The notes below the pieces were generated by a model. It did no database searches, was not told the origin of the DNA, and was given only the letters and a program-made list of their open reading frames with translations. Source: Geosiphon pyriformis uo1 (taxonomy: Eukaryota; Fungi; Glomeromycota). From it: a DNA stretch of 64,000 bases. Where the stretch lies: NCBI GenBank assembly GCA_016748015.1, contig JAAOMT010000181.1, positions 69,784-133,783 on the forward strand, written 5' to 3'. Shown here piece after piece: positions 23,501-38,500 of this stretch. The stretch's first letter is position 1. Each line of letters begins with the position of its first letter. The position numbers and the translations under genes were made by a program.

Positions 23501-26500
23501 TCAATCCATCGCGCATATTGGGAGGTTGATTCTGGTTCCCGGGTTGTTCCAGATTGTTTGTGTGCTAATATTGACTGGTTGAGGTCCTCTCTGGTGTGGC
23601 ACTTGGATTCCCACATGGCGACTGGTTTTACTAGTATTCGGATGGCTGGCTTTCATACATATTTCATGAAAGCCCTTTATCATCACTTTCCTGTTGCTGT
23701 GCGAAAATGTCTGTATGATAGGAGTTATCTCAGTATAGTTTGTTTGTTCTGTGATGAGGTTGAAGTCTCAGACCATGTCTTTTCTTGCTTTTCTGACACT
23801 GATAGTCACGCCAATTTGTTGGACACTTATGTAGCTGCCTGGGAGGTGCGTTCTGGTCTGTCTCGTTTCTTTTTGTGCATATTGCAGTTGTTGTCGACTT
23901 GCATTTCAGATGTGACTGTCAGTATGGCCCTGTGTAAGGGCTTTGTTTTTGGCAATTGGTATCAAGAGTCTGTTTCTGTTTACAAAGATCCTAAGGTGGC
24001 AGTAGTTAATATTGTGAATTTTGTGTGTGAATTTTGTCTTGCATTTCGTGATAATATCTGGCTGGTCTATGTAAAACACCGGGCCATTATGGAGAAGAAT
24101 AAGCTGATTCCATGTGATGATTTCATTCCTGTCACTGTTTCTGGTTTTTCTACATGGCTTTCGGCTGAGGTAATTAGGTTGTTGGGTGTTGCTGATGCAC
24201 TTGGCATCAATTTTGAGTATCATAAGTGTTGTTTGTTTTATGCAGGTGTTGATAACATGGCATCTGTTCATATAAGTGTGTAGTGTTGTTCTGACTAGTC
24301 TGAGTGTCTGGTCACATGTAGTAAAGGCATAATTCATGCCTAGTTTAGATTATTTGTATAATGTATAGCACTAGATGGCATTTGGACTCCACTTGTTAAA
24401 CTTTAATAAAATATATTAATCATACAAATGACCTAAACTAGGTGCAAATCATGCTTTTTCTACATGTAACCAGCCACTCAGACTGATTAAGACACCACTA
24501 CACAGCTATGTGAACTGAAACATCATTGCTAATACCAGAAAAGAATGAACATGATCTATAAAAACCAAAACGAACACCAAAAGCATCAGCAATTCCAAGC
24601 AACTTAACAACACTAGCAAACAGCCCTGATGACAGACCAGAAATCGAAACAGGTATTGAACCATCAAATGGAATCAATTCATTCTTTTCTATGAAGGCTC
24701 GGTGTCTAGCACAGACCAACTATATGTCATTCTTGAAGCTGAGACTGAGAGTGCGCACAAATTTCATAATTTTCTAACCTGCAAGTTTGGGATCATGAAA
24801 GGCAGACACAGCTTCCTGGAACCAATTGTCAAAAACAAAACCTTTAAAGAGGGCTGTGAACACAAAGACATTAAAAGCACAAGACAACAGAAGCTAAGAC
24901 ACACAAGAAGAGGAACGAAAAAGACCAGAAATCAGCTTCCAGGAAGCTGCATGGGTTTTTAACAACTGACAGTGGGTAGGGAGATCAATCACACAAGAGA
25001 AAACATGATTAGAAAATTCAACTTCACCATAGAACAAACATAATACACTAAGGTAACATCTGGAATATAGTCACTTTTGTATAACAACAGGCAGTTGATG
25101 GTGTAAAGCCTTCATAAAATATGTACACAAGCTAGCAGATAGTTTGCTCGTAAAGCCTGTAGCCATATGCAAATCAGGATGCCACACCAAGGAGGATTTC
25201 AACTAATCAACGTCTGATACTAAATCACCCACCAGAAATTTCAAGCCAGAACCAACTTCCCAATGTGCACGATAAACTGATCTAAAAACATTCCAGACAA
25301 AATGCCTAGAATTACCAGAAACAAGCTCACCACTGGTTAAAAGGCAATGGCTCTTCAAACGGGGGGGAAGATGCCAATCAGAATTAGAGACAACAGCAAC
25401 AAGGGTATCTGCACAATTATTCCTCACAATACTGAGTGATTTTTCACTTTAATCTAATTCACTCTCAAATTTTTGCAATGAATAATGTTCACAATATGCT
25501 GACACTTAATCCAACACCAAATGTGAAAATCCAGACAAATAAGATGTAGCTCCAATTTGCATGCATTCAGAGCAGCCTGATTATCAGAGTGTAAACAAAC
25601 TGAGCTAAGAAGAGAAACACATTTTAATGCCAGAGCTATAGCCTGTAACTCCGTCAAAGTAAAAAACAACAAGCCAGTAACTTTTACACCCAAACCCAAA
25701 CCAATATTGTCAAAAAAGACAGCAGCACCAGTCTTTCTTTGTATGGTGCTCAAATCCCTTAGAGAACTATCTGTATAGACAGACAGACTACCAGTACTAA
25801 CTCAAGACAACTGATCACATACCAACTTAAATTCTTGAGACTTCAGAATATTCAAAGGCTTACCAACACCTCCAAGAAGAGATAGACCAGGAGGAAAAGA
25901 AGTCATATTACTGAAAAAGATAACAAAAAGACCAAACCACTCAGGAACTGGACCACGAAAATCCAACCTCTTCCAGTGCTTAAAGGTTTTCCAATTAAAA
26001 ATGGTATCATGACAATCACAGAGCTAATCCACAAAAGCAACACCATACTAATATAAAAAGGGGAGACATGCACAGAACTTAGCTTCCTCAAAAACCACTG
26101 ACATAAGGACCCCATCCCAACAATGAAATGGATTGCCCAAAGATTCACTTAGAAAAAATTATTTTTTGCCAAAATATGGACCACACCAGCTAAAAAATTA
26201 TTCAAAGGACTAACACGAACATGCACTGGAGAACTCAAGTGGTGAATAGAATACCAACACAAAACTTGCAAGTTATAAGACCTATGAGAAAACATACAAC
26301 TCAAAGTTCCACCAGAGTTCGTAAAACTCACAAGTGAAACTATTTTGCCTTCAGATTGCACCTGCTCAGAGGACTTTAAACCATAAAAGGAAGGGTGGTA
26401 GATCAAATCATTTGGGAAGTTAAGAGGAAGGCCGGATTTCAATTTAAGGCCTTTCCAAACCAAAATATCCCATTTGTTGCACACATCAAAAGATATGAAG

Positions 26501-29500
26501 CTAAATTGAGTCTTATAGCTAACAATAGAATGAAGAACAGCCAAAACTAAGTACAAAAATTGTTTATCTAAAATGGTCTTTCTTAGCACAAGGTTAGAGA
26601 AAAACCGAACATCTGACTGTGCTTTGGCCAAGCTAGGCTTTGAAAGACCCTCAGTTGAAAGATAGATGTCCAGATATCGATAAAATTCCCCTCTTTTTGT
26701 AATAGCAATAGGCAAGTCACTGATAACCAAAGAAGAACTACCAACTTTGCAATTAATAGGAATGGCAACAGTCTTGTCTGTATTAATAGAAATTTCATTG
26801 ACCTGAAAAAATTCATTGGCAATATTAAGAATATGCTGGGTAGCACTCTAACTGCTACCAACCCAAATTGTATCATTGACAAAAGCTCTAGCAGCAAAGA
26901 AGGAAGACAACTCAGCAACAGGTTTCAGATGACCATTTTTTGAAATGAAATACAAATTCAATCTGTATTCACATATACTTTCCTGTCTCTTAACCTTGCA
27001 AAGGAGAGAATCATAGAATATGTGCAAAAGAAGTGGCGAGAAAATCTTTTCTTGATCCAAGCCATCATGAACATAATATCCATCAGTTAAGCCAAAGTCA
27101 GTCATAATCTTGTTGATGTGGTTGCAATAAATACTACCAAAAAAATGTATGAACTTGTTACACATTTTAATCTTAATCAAACTCCTTCTAAGATGCTCCC
27201 AACCAACAGAATTATATGTCTTTTGCATATCCTGTAAAACTAGCCAGAGTTTGTGGTTCTTCTCCAGAGCATCTTCTATTATCAAGCCAACTGCAAAAAT
27301 GGGTGATTGTGTAGAAATACCCTTCAAAACAGAAAAGTTGTTACCACGAAAGACATTGAATCTGCTACATGCTAAAGAAATCATATTAGACAGGATCTTG
27401 GAAAGAATCTTATGGGCTGTTTCAATTAGGGCAATAAGATGGATGTTTGTAAGAACTCCCTTCCATTCATATGGTTTAGGGATCATCGAGACCCAAGCCT
27501 CCTTCCAAAAACTAGGCACAGATTCAATAATCAAACAAATGTTCAAAAGCTCCAAAAGCATACCTATGACAGAGTTGTCACAGTGTTTCCAAAATTTGTT
27601 GGGAATACTGGAAAAACCAGCAGCTTTGTCATTAAGCAGATCAGAAATTACACCAAACAATTCATCAAAAACAACTGGCTGCATCACACCTGAAAAAGCA
27701 TCATCAAAGACATACTCCAGAGGCTGGTATTGACAAGACCATTTACTAGAGATATCAGAAACCATCTTGTGTCTCCTAGTCCACTTCTCCATAATTACAT
27801 CTATCTTAGCCTTGACCAATTCAGGCTTCAGAATCAATTCATCACCAACAACTAGATAGTCCAATTCTATCTTATGAAATAGACACTTTAAAACACTCTT
27901 GATAGTGTGATCCTTATCAGAAGTGAAGCTCTCCATACACTTATCAATGGCAAACCTAATACTTGACTCCCAAGTCCTCAAGAATTTGGTGAGTTTGGAG
28001 GCACAATAAGATTTCTACACACCAAAAAGAGCAGTTCTAACACAATCAAAATCTGCACCAGAGTCCAAAAGAACCTGCACCACCAAGGCTTTGTCAGAGT
28101 CTAAAGAAGCCCAATAACTTATCAAAGATGTAAACCTCACAGAGTTCTGGCCACAGAATGCTTTAACTATTCTCAAAACCAAAATTTCCAATCTGTGAAA
28201 CCTAGAAGAGCCCTTGGTAAAGATGCTATCAAAGTCTTTGAACCATTTTTTCTTAAATGAATCATTAGCCAAAAAAACCATTACTTTACAAACAATATTC
28301 CACATAAAATCTAGATCAGAGAAAACCATAAAGGAAACAAACTCTTCAAAAAATATAGCAGCATTTGCTGCTGTTAACACTTTGAACTCACACTATTTAA
28401 CATCATCAGCACTTTTGATATCATATTTTTAATGATCCTTATTCACTTACTTGTGAATGGAATTTAGATGCATATTTAATAGTCTGCTCAAATCTACACA
28501 CACAGAAACTGCTCTATAATCAGAGTTAAAATAGTCACCAACATTGGCTACACCAACTATACTAACCAAGTTGTAAGAAATAAATATGTAATCAATAGTC
28601 TTAGAAACACCTTGGGAGTTAGCCCATATTGGCATTTTAGCAAACAAGCTTCCACTCAAAGAATTAACCAAGCTGAGGTTCAAGCATTTCTTGAAACTGG
28701 CACTCTTACGTAAACCATCCTCATTGAAATTACCACCCAGCACAATGAAAGAGGATTCGTTCACAGTCCTGGCAATCAGTGAATTGATGTTACCAGCCTG
28801 AGAAAACCAAACATCCGAAGAAGCCCTGGCATACAGTCTTAAAATTGTAATAGAAAGTTTGTTATTAAAAAGTAATCTAATAGAGAGAAGCTGTCCAAGC
28901 ACCTCAGAAACTTTACAAACATGTCTTGCCAGAAAGTTGTCTATGACAATTGCCACACCAAAACCCAAGTGACCAGAATTCAGACCAGAAGTAAAAACAT
29001 GAATGCCATCAAATTTATTGGTAATCCAAGGACAAACTCTGTCCTTTAACTTAGTCTCAGTGAAAATTGAAATCAAATTGTTCATATCTTTGTGCCAACA
29101 AATAATGTCATTCTGCTTAGCAGGATTGTTTATCCCTCTAACATTGCAAGTGGCAATCTTCCAAACTAGACTGGTTATTGAAACAGAAAGAGAGCTGAAA
29201 AATCTGCACCAGAACACAGATGATCTAACTTTTTCAAAACTGAACCGATTAAAACCTCAAAAGCTACCATTTTTGATTCCAATTCACCCACTTTGGAGGT
29301 CAGAACCTTGAAAAAACTAGAACTAGAATTATGAACAACGTCATTAACAGCTGAGAAAGAAGGAGTGGAAGTAGAAGCCAATGTTATATCATCCAAAGCC
29401 ATATCCACATTCAAACATAGTACCAAGAAGGCAGGAGTGGCTGAAAAAAGAACACTAGAAGGGATCACTGTTGGTACCAGTTTCATGCCACTTAACTTTT

Positions 29501-31190
29501 TCAATATACTGGACACTTGATCTGTCAAAAGCTCCAAAGAGCATTCCAAAGTGTTCAGACAATCATTCAAAGAAAAGTTGTTAGCTAAGATGAGAAAAGA
29601 ATCATTGATTGAATCTAAGACACCAAAAAGGAGGGGACTAGAACTAGAACTATTACTAAAACAAAAACCACCAAAAAGACCAGCAAGTGAGACCACTTAA
29701 GCCCAAGATTTGCCACCAAAGGCAGCCAGCCGAGATATTGGAACATCTTTTTTTTCATACAACTTTGCCAATTGAAGATGACATCTATCAGATGCAACTC
29801 TTTTAAATATTCTTGAGGGCTCAGATGGGGATGCAACAGATGCATCACATTCCAGGGCAGAATGACCAAACTTCCCGTATTTTTTACACTGAACCAGATC
29901 CATCCTTGCTCAAGAAAGTTTAATACCACCAAAAATCAGCTCCATGTGAAAAGCAGATTCCAGATCATTGTCAAATTCAAAACTGACTACAGCACAATGA
30001 ATTCTATTACCAGTTTTCAGAGATCTGTTTATAATGCAAGTTTTCTCACCAGCCCTATTCAGAAGAATTCTAAGATTATGTGCTATTGTTCTCACTGGCA
30101 AAGTAAACAGAAGCACTCTGAACTGATCCTTTGAAGCCCAAGTCTTATGATCTTCTACTGCTTTGGCTATGTACACAGAATCTTTACCAATCAGAAATGA
30201 CCACTTAGAGACTAACAAATCAGCTTGGTCTAATTCAGCAAACTCCATCACAGCTTTTTGCCACATTCCAATTAGTTGAATTTTGATTGACTTAATTTTC
30301 CCAAATTCGGATACTGTGACAATGATCATATTTTTAGGTGTATTTATGGAAATTTCTTTAATCACCACAGCCCAATTTGACCTCATTCCTTGTCTCTTAA
30401 GATTACTGTTTATGTCAATTTTTTTTTCTCTGACCAATGATACAGCCATTTCCATGCTTTTTTCAGAGATAAACATTGATCGGATGATCCTTTTAAATTT
30501 TGAGGGGGAGTGGCCCCCCCAAAACCATTGACTGTTGAAAAAATTTTTCTGATGAACTGAGTTTTTGCTGTAGCAGATTTGCTCTCTACTGCTGAAAGAT
30601 TGATATTCAAAGCAAATGATTTTCTAACAGAAACTTTCACAGAAGTTTTCATAATCTTAGGATTAATTCATTTCTTTTCCAAAGATATACTGAAGGAAAA
30701 TGGGAGGAGTTTCACTTTTTTTTCTATTTCATAATTGGAAAAGCCAAGAGGAGACCCAAAAACCATGCTGGAATTCACTCTTTTTGCTTTAGGAATAGTA
30801 GCTGCTAAGCCTAAAAGTGACCCACTGTTGATACCTTTTATGACTGTATTGTTTTTACCACAACTCGATTCACTATTCATGTCTGAGTACATATCACCAG
30901 AACCAAGTTTGACAAGAGAAATGTCCCTTTCATCACCTGAATGTTTAACATTATCAAGAACCACTTTTTTCTTTTGGGAGAAAGATCCACCAGCAAGATC
31001 ATAGAGAGTACCCTTAAGCACTTTCTTTTTAGACATATTACTGCTAAAAGCAGTCTTTAAATTCATGACAAAAGGGTTATTAGTTAAAAAAATATTGATA
31101 TAAACTTAATGAAAAAAACTAAAAAACTTCTTTTTCAGAAAATGCACTCTTTGAGGATTATTTGGAAATAAGAAAAAAAGAAGTTTTTAA
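17584..31190 (-). mobile_element. LINE copy D, split by C: 3' tail 17584..17645 and body 24419..31190; ORF1 29175..31066, ORF2 24498..29178
   Basis: ORF1 MNLKTAFSSNMSKKK is the same subfamily as A. The 3' UTR end and poly(A) missing from the body are found on the far side of C. Confidence 0.92.
17646..24418 (+). mobile_element. LINE copy C, full-length, inserted antisense into the 3' UTR of LINE D; ORF1 17801..19600, ORF2 19597..24283
   Basis: ORF1 has its start mutated to ATA and one internal stop. ORF2 retains APE/RT/RNase H motifs. 11-bp TSD ATCATACAAAT at 17635-17645 and 24419-24429. Confidence 0.95.
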
Positions 31191-32577
31191 GTATATCTAA
31201 TATTAAGTCAAATACCAAAAATAATAATAATAATATTTTGTAATTTATAATTAAATAATTTAAATCTTAATATTTAAAATATTATTAATAATTAAAAATT
31301 TTTTATTAAACATAACTTTTTTTAAAGTATTAATTTTAACAATAGTAATATTTAAATTAATTTAAAAACCAATTATAACAATTGTATATTTTAATTAAAA
31401 AAAATTAAAAGATTAAAAAATAAAACAAATATAATTATAAATTTAAAAAACAAAATTATTAATTTTAAGAATAATATAGCCAAAAAAAATTATTTAATTT
31501 GGCTTTAAATATATTATAAAAAATAATAGTTTTTTTAATTAATAAAAAAAATTCCAATATTGTTTTTTATTATTAAATTTAATTAATAAGTAAAAATAAT
31601 TATAATTATATTAAAAAATTTAAAATAAACAATAATATATTATTTAATATTAATAGATTTTAATATAAATCAAAAAATTTTACTAAAAACATTAAAAATA
31701 ATATTAATATTAATAGTTAAAATACTTTTAAGTATATTTTATAAAACAATAATAACAAAAAAAATATAAAAACTTAGCAATCTTAAAAATAAAAAAATAA
31801 ATAAAATCAAAAAAAACTTAAAAAACAAATTTTACATAAAATAGCTTAATATTATTTTAAAAACAAACTTTAAATTAATAAAATTATAAATAGATTAAAA
31901 AAAATCTTAATATAAAACAACTTAATTTTAAATAAAGCATTAAATATTAAAACAAAAACTATTTATTTAAAAAATTTTTAACAATTAATAATAATTTTCT
32001 AAATATTACTAAAAATAATATTATTAAAAAACAAAAAAAAATATAGTTTTAGTATTTATTTAACTAAAATTAAATAATTTAATAAACTAATTAAATAAAA
32101 TTATATGTAAAAATATAACTTGTTTATTTTTAAAAGCAATAATAATTGGCTAAAAACTAATATATTAAACAATATAATTAATATAAATAATATAAAATTA
32201 ATAAAAAAAACTAAAACTATATTTTTATATAGTATTAAAATACTAAAAAAAAAATTCTTAATATTTTATTAAAAACTTAAAAATTTTTAAAATAAATAAA
32301 AATTATTTTAAATAAATCTTTTTAAAAAAAAACTTTTAATTGAAAATAAAAAAATGCTTTAAAATTAACAAAAGACTAGTTTATTAATATTTTATTTAAA
32401 AAAGCATTTTTATTAAATATTATTAAATAATTTTAATAATTATAAATACTTTAAAAATAGAAAAAAGTTTATTTTTTTTCAAAAATTTCAAATTTAATTT
32501 TTGAAATTTAAAAATATATATTAATTTTTTTAGTGTTTTATTAGTTTTATAATATTAATCTTAATATTAATTTTGGA

Positions 32578-35500
32578 AAAAAAATTTTTTTTTTTTTGTC
32601 CTAAATTTTCATAAAGAATTAAAAAGTTTTTTGAAAAGAAGTTTTTTTATCATTCAGTATACTAAATCCAAACTATTTTTGCTTAATTATAAAACCATTG
32701 TTGGCTTTAGTATTGCTGTTATGAAGAAGACTATTAAAATTTCAGTTCAACTAATGGTTTTAAATCTGTACTGTTAAGAAAGAAAAGAAAAAATGAGGTT
32801 TTAGAAAATAATATCAAGATTAAAAAAGTTTTTGCTAAGAGATTAAATAGTTGTTTTTGGAGTTTAGAAGTTGGTAATATTACTAAATTTGATAGTATAA
32901 ACATAAAAAAGAAGTGTCTAATTAAGAAAACCAATTTTGGCTATAATAGTAAAGTCATTTTTAATGGCAAAAATGCTAATCAAACATTAAAGAGTTCACA
33001 TATTAAAACCAAAAAAGCTCTGAGAAAACCATTAGAAAAAATAAATTTTTTAAGTAATGATAATAATAATAATTTTTTGTTAAATGTTCTGTTAACTCTT
33101 CTTTTTTCTTTGAAAAATTTGGTCATTGTTCCTATTAAGAAGTTATTTACTTTAAATATTGAATTAAATAAAGTAACTGGAAAGTCTTCTTAAAAAAAGC
33201 TTGTAATGGTCAAAAAGTTGGTTTTAAAAGTCAATAGTTTTGAAGAAGCATTTACTTTTTCAAAATTTACTAGTATTATTAGAATAATGTTTACTTCCAA
33301 ATCAAGTTTGATACAAGCTACTAAAAAGACTAAGAATGTAAAAATTTTGGTTAATGCTAATCTCAAAAAATTTACTAGGCATTCAGATTAGACTGTAATG
33401 GTAAAAAATACCAATTAGAACATTAGTTGAGACTGTATATATTGCACTATTTGAGTTTGGATTGATTAAGTCAATTAAAATGTAATTGGTAGGACTTTGA
33501 CAAAAAGCCATAATAGAATTTAACCAATCAAATCAGGCTGATTTGGTTGCAGCAAAATGGTTTATCTTAATTAAAAAAAATATTGTGTGTGTTGTTAAAA
33601 CAGATTTAGACAAAATAACATGGAATATAAAAGATTATTATAGAGTGCTTCTTTATATATTGCCAATAAAAACAAATATTTATAACATCTAAGACTTTAT
33701 TGATTTTGTGAATGAGAAAACATGTATTATTAATTAATATCTAATTATATATATTTAGGTCAGATATGCAGTTATTTGTTTTAATTTAACTAAGTTATTA
33801 AATGCTATCATGAAAACCATGTTGGTTTTAAGAGATGCCAATTTGTACTGGTCTTATTTTAGTTCAGCTAAGTATGTTAGATATGAAAAATTGGATTATA
33901 TGTTATTGGACTGCTTTGTAAATAAAAAAACTTTTTTTGGTGATTTATTTCATAGAGTATTATCAAAGAAAAATAAAAGCAAACTGGTATTTATCTATGC
34001 TAAATGTTTAGTATTGGTTGCTTGTCCTGTTTTTTTTAGTGGTGTCTTTTGGGCCAAGATTATTAGTGAGTTTTTTTCTCTTTTCTTTTTGCATAAAATA
34101 GTTTGGTTGGTTTTGGTTTCTCTTCAAAGATGAAACCTATTCTGCTGTTGTTTGTGGAATTAAACAATAGGTTTGCTGCTTTTAAGTATAATCTTAACAG
34201 TCTTGTAGAGCAAGTTAATAAGCTGACTAAGAGATTAGATGCACTTAGACTAATGGTTTCTTAGCTTAATTCTAAATGTCAACTGTTGGTAATCTCTTTA
34301 TTACAGAATCAAGGGATGGATATAGTAATGAGTAAGAGTTTAGATGTGGTCACTAGTAATAAAACTGTTGCAGAAGTGATAAGTTTTAATCTTTTAGTTA
34401 TTTTGAAATTGAAAGAGACTTTAAAGAATTTGTTAGATACAGTTATGAGTCTGTTGGCCAGAATAGACAATACTGATTTGAGTTTTGATGCTTGTTCCTT
34501 TTAATGACTGATTTTATGTGAAAAGGGGCTATATGTAATATTAGGAGTATAAACAATTCTGTTAAACAAGCCAATATTGTTTATTAATACAAAAATATAA
34601 ACAATTTAATTTTTATTATTACTAAGACAAAATTAAAAGGAAAAATTTATCTATGAATTATGAACAAGTTTAATGGTATTTGATTGTTTACTTCTGGTTT
34701 GGAGTCTAGTTATTTGGGTTTTGATGTTATAATTATTATAAATATTAGCTTGGCAAAACATATGTGCAAGATTTTAGAAATTACTAGTAGGTTTTTGTCT
34801 ATTAATCTGCTTTTTAGAAATAAATTATCCATTTCAATTTTGGGGCTGTATGTTGGTATTACTCTGACTGTGCATTTGTCTCAAGCTAGTAAAATTAACT
34901 TTTTAATTGTAAAAACTATAAATGAGTTTTTTTTTGTTATCTTAAATAAGGATTTCAATAAAAATGGTTCTTGCAGATATGCTAATTTTAAGAAATATCT
35001 TGATTTAGGATTAGTTAATTCTTTAGTCAAAAGCTCAATTGTAAAAACCTCAACATAAGAGAATTTTAAAAATATTATAAAAACAATTGATTATGTGTTT
35101 GTTTTTTTGAGCTTGGTTAATACAATAGTGAATTGTGATGTTGTGAACATTAGTAATTACTTTAACACTAATTATTAAGCCATTTCTGTTTTTGTAAATT
35201 TGGGCAGTTTATTAAATATGTGGTTAAATCTTGTGCACAAACAGATGAATAGAAATTATTAAAAGTTTAATGTTAAAGATAATAATAAAGTAAAATAGAA
35301 CAATTTTAAAAATTTTATGACATCTAATACAGTGATGTTTTTTGGTAAGTTTGTTATTTTTAAGAGGTTTTTGGATTTGGATGTTATGTAAAATATTGTT
35401 TACAAGGTGGTGTATTTGTTAGCTAATAAAATATTCAAGAAAAAGTGGTTTAAAAATTTTGATGGTGTTTTTACTAAAAACTTTTTCAAGTTCCATAAAT

Positions 35501-38500
35501 TAGAAATTTTGGTCTTAAGGATTATTAGATTTTTGTATAAAAGTACAAATAATAAGTTTGTTTTTTTAATAGACTGCTGGATATTTTTGAACAATAACAA
35601 GACTTTTATTATTCAGGTTTTTTTAAATTCTGGTGTGAATTTTAATCACATAAAATCTGTTCTTTATAGTATAAAGAAATTATATTATGTCTGCAAACTT
35701 GCCAAATCATTAAGAACCAAGAAAGTTTATATTAGATCTGCTATTGATAAAAGAATAGAAAGCTTCATGATTAATAAAGATTATACTATCAGAAGTGTTT
35801 TGAAGTATTCTTTCTGAAAAGTGGTATTAAATTATTTAGTAGCTGATAGTAAATTGTTTTTGGAGCCTATTAAAATTAAATTTAAGGTTAATGCTATTAT
35901 AGAGGGTTGAACAAGGAAAAGAGTGATATTAAACTATGTTTCTAACCTGTGGCATTATTAATATCTGGCTTATGTTAATAATACTATTTTTTTCAATATT
36001 ATAGATACTATTAATTATGATAATATGATACATATAATTAAAAATCTTTTTAATGAGAAAGCTGTTGGTTAGTTAGGTATTACAAATAAGCTATGGAAGT
36101 ATTGTAATGATTTTATAATCAGTATGCTTCTGGATTTTTTGAATCTTTGTTTAATACATAAATTTGTATCTCAATCTTAAAAGAAAGCTTAGATGTTGAT
36201 AATATCTAAATCTTATGAGTGAAAAGACATTTTGACCAGTACTAAACCAATTGCATTAATCAAAACTGCTTGTAAGATTCTTTCCAAAATACTTTTTAAT
36301 AGAATTTTTTTGGCCTATAGTGAGTTTGATGTTCTTTGTAAAGACAATTTTCTATGTTAAAAGACACTATTATCTAGTTTCTTATATTTGGTGTTGGTTT
36401 AATGGTTAAAAATGCTTTGAAAAAAAATCATGAACTTTAATTGATTTTGTAAGATATAAGAAAAACTTATAACTCTGTAGGTTGATATTATCTGAAAAAT
36501 AGTTTGGTTTAAATTAAGATGTGTAAGCAATTTATTAGATTCTTTGGAAATATTTACAATAATAGAGTCAATTAGGTCATAACTGATTATGATTTAACTA
36601 ATGAGTATTAAGTACATAATAGACTGGACCAGAATAAGATTTTTTCTCCTATGTTTTAAAGTATTTTCTATGACTCTCTTTTGTGTGAAGTTAAAAGGCA
36701 AGAAAGTTTGTGTGATTACTGAATTAATATTAGATTTGTTGTCAAAACTGGCAGATTAAAGAATTAGAGTAGACTGATCTTATTTCTAGCAGCTAGTACT
36801 TTTGTTGATGACACAATTTAGATTGGGAATAGTTAAGTGACTATTCAATATATTTTAGATATTGCTAGTAATTTTTTTAAGATTAATAATATTTTAATCA
36901 ATAATAAAAAACTGTCACCATTTTTATCAACCAAAGAGTTCAGAATACTTTGCTATTAATAAGTGAGTTACCAATTTTTATTATACATAAAGAGAAGTTT
37001 CATCATTATCTTAGTATTTTTTTGTTTTCTGAAAGCTTATTTAAACCTAGTTTGGTAAAGACCTACTTGAATATCAGGTTTTTTTCTAATAAGGTTTTAA
37101 AAAAAGCTATTTTAAATAAACAGTTTCTTTATTTGGTCTTAGTAGTATTGCACTTTATTATTAGTTACAGAACCCAATTTAGTTTTATTTCTAAAAATGT
37201 GTGTAATAAATGAGATACATTAATCAAAAGAGGTTTAAGAATAAAGGCTGGCTTATCTAGAAACTTTTCCAATGAAGCTCTATTATTTGTCTTTGTATAG
37301 ACTAAAATTTTTTAAGCAGATGCAAATAAAAAGTAAATTAGCATTGATTCTGTGCTTTTCAAATGCTAGTGGTGTTCTCAATTAGTTGTTCAACCATAGG
37401 TCCTTAGATTTGCAAGTTTCAAGTTGGTTTCTAATACACTCTTTACAAACTTTTATTATATTAAGGATCAAGCCAGTTAACAACTTTTTGGCTAACATAG
37501 TAAAAAATTTTTTGGATTGTGATATGTTTTTTAACAACATTTTTTTCTTTGCATTTTAATTCTCAAAGAGCACTTTAATGTTTATTATTTTGGAGGTTTT
37601 AGTGTTCTATAATGTTTTCAAGTCACTTAAAAGATTTGGTATTGCTTTTGTTAAACAATTATATAATAAGAAGGAATTGGTTTTTGACTGAAAAAGTTTT
37701 TATCATTAAAAAAAACTCAATCTTAAAGGCTAGTTTTTGTATGATTCAAATTGACATGTGAGTATTTGGTTAACTTTTCTTGTTATTTTAATGTATAGTC
37801 TATTATTATTAGCTTCCAGCTTTTGAATGTTTTTAGTTTTGGTGGTTTTTCTAGGATATAACAATGCTTTTTTAATGCTAATTTGAATATTGTCAATGTT
37901 TATACAAATGAATTGTTAAGAAACTTGTGTATAAATAAGATGAAATATAACACAGCTGGGTTTTTTGTTGAACTAAATTTGAGTATTAGTGCTAAAGTTG
38001 GTAGTTTAATTTTTTTTATGATGGCTAAGTTATAGACTATTGCTTTGGCTTTAAAATGTGTTTTAGTTAATAGTAGTGTAGTTGTACATTTGGACAGTTA
38101 GGTTGCTCTGAATGCTTGTGCTACTAAATTAAAATTGGTTTTGCTGAATTTTCATAATTGGTATTGGATAGAAAGATATAGTGTAGTAAACTTTATTAAA
38201 AATAGAAAGCTTGATATATTTTGGTCTAAAGTTAAAGGTTATTTGAGTGTTTGGGTAATAAGCATGTTGATAAGTTGGCTGGTTTGGCTTTATATTCAAA
38301 TTTCACAATTTCTGTTTTTGTTAAAAAGAGTTATATTAAAACTGATGGGGTAGTAGTATTAAAAAATATTTGTTATTTTATTCATGATGTTTTTATAGCT
38401 GTTTATTGAACTTACTGAGAGTTTGGGCTTGAGTTTAATATAATTGATACTAATATAATTGGTAATATAGATTGGAATCAAACTTTGTTGGTTTGATATT

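Noticed and set aside
27149-27733. Recurrent antisense ORFs over LINE RT/APE (also 6241..6558 and 13166..13387)
   Set aside because: Explained by codon bias and homology of the sense ORF2; their boundaries are not conserved.
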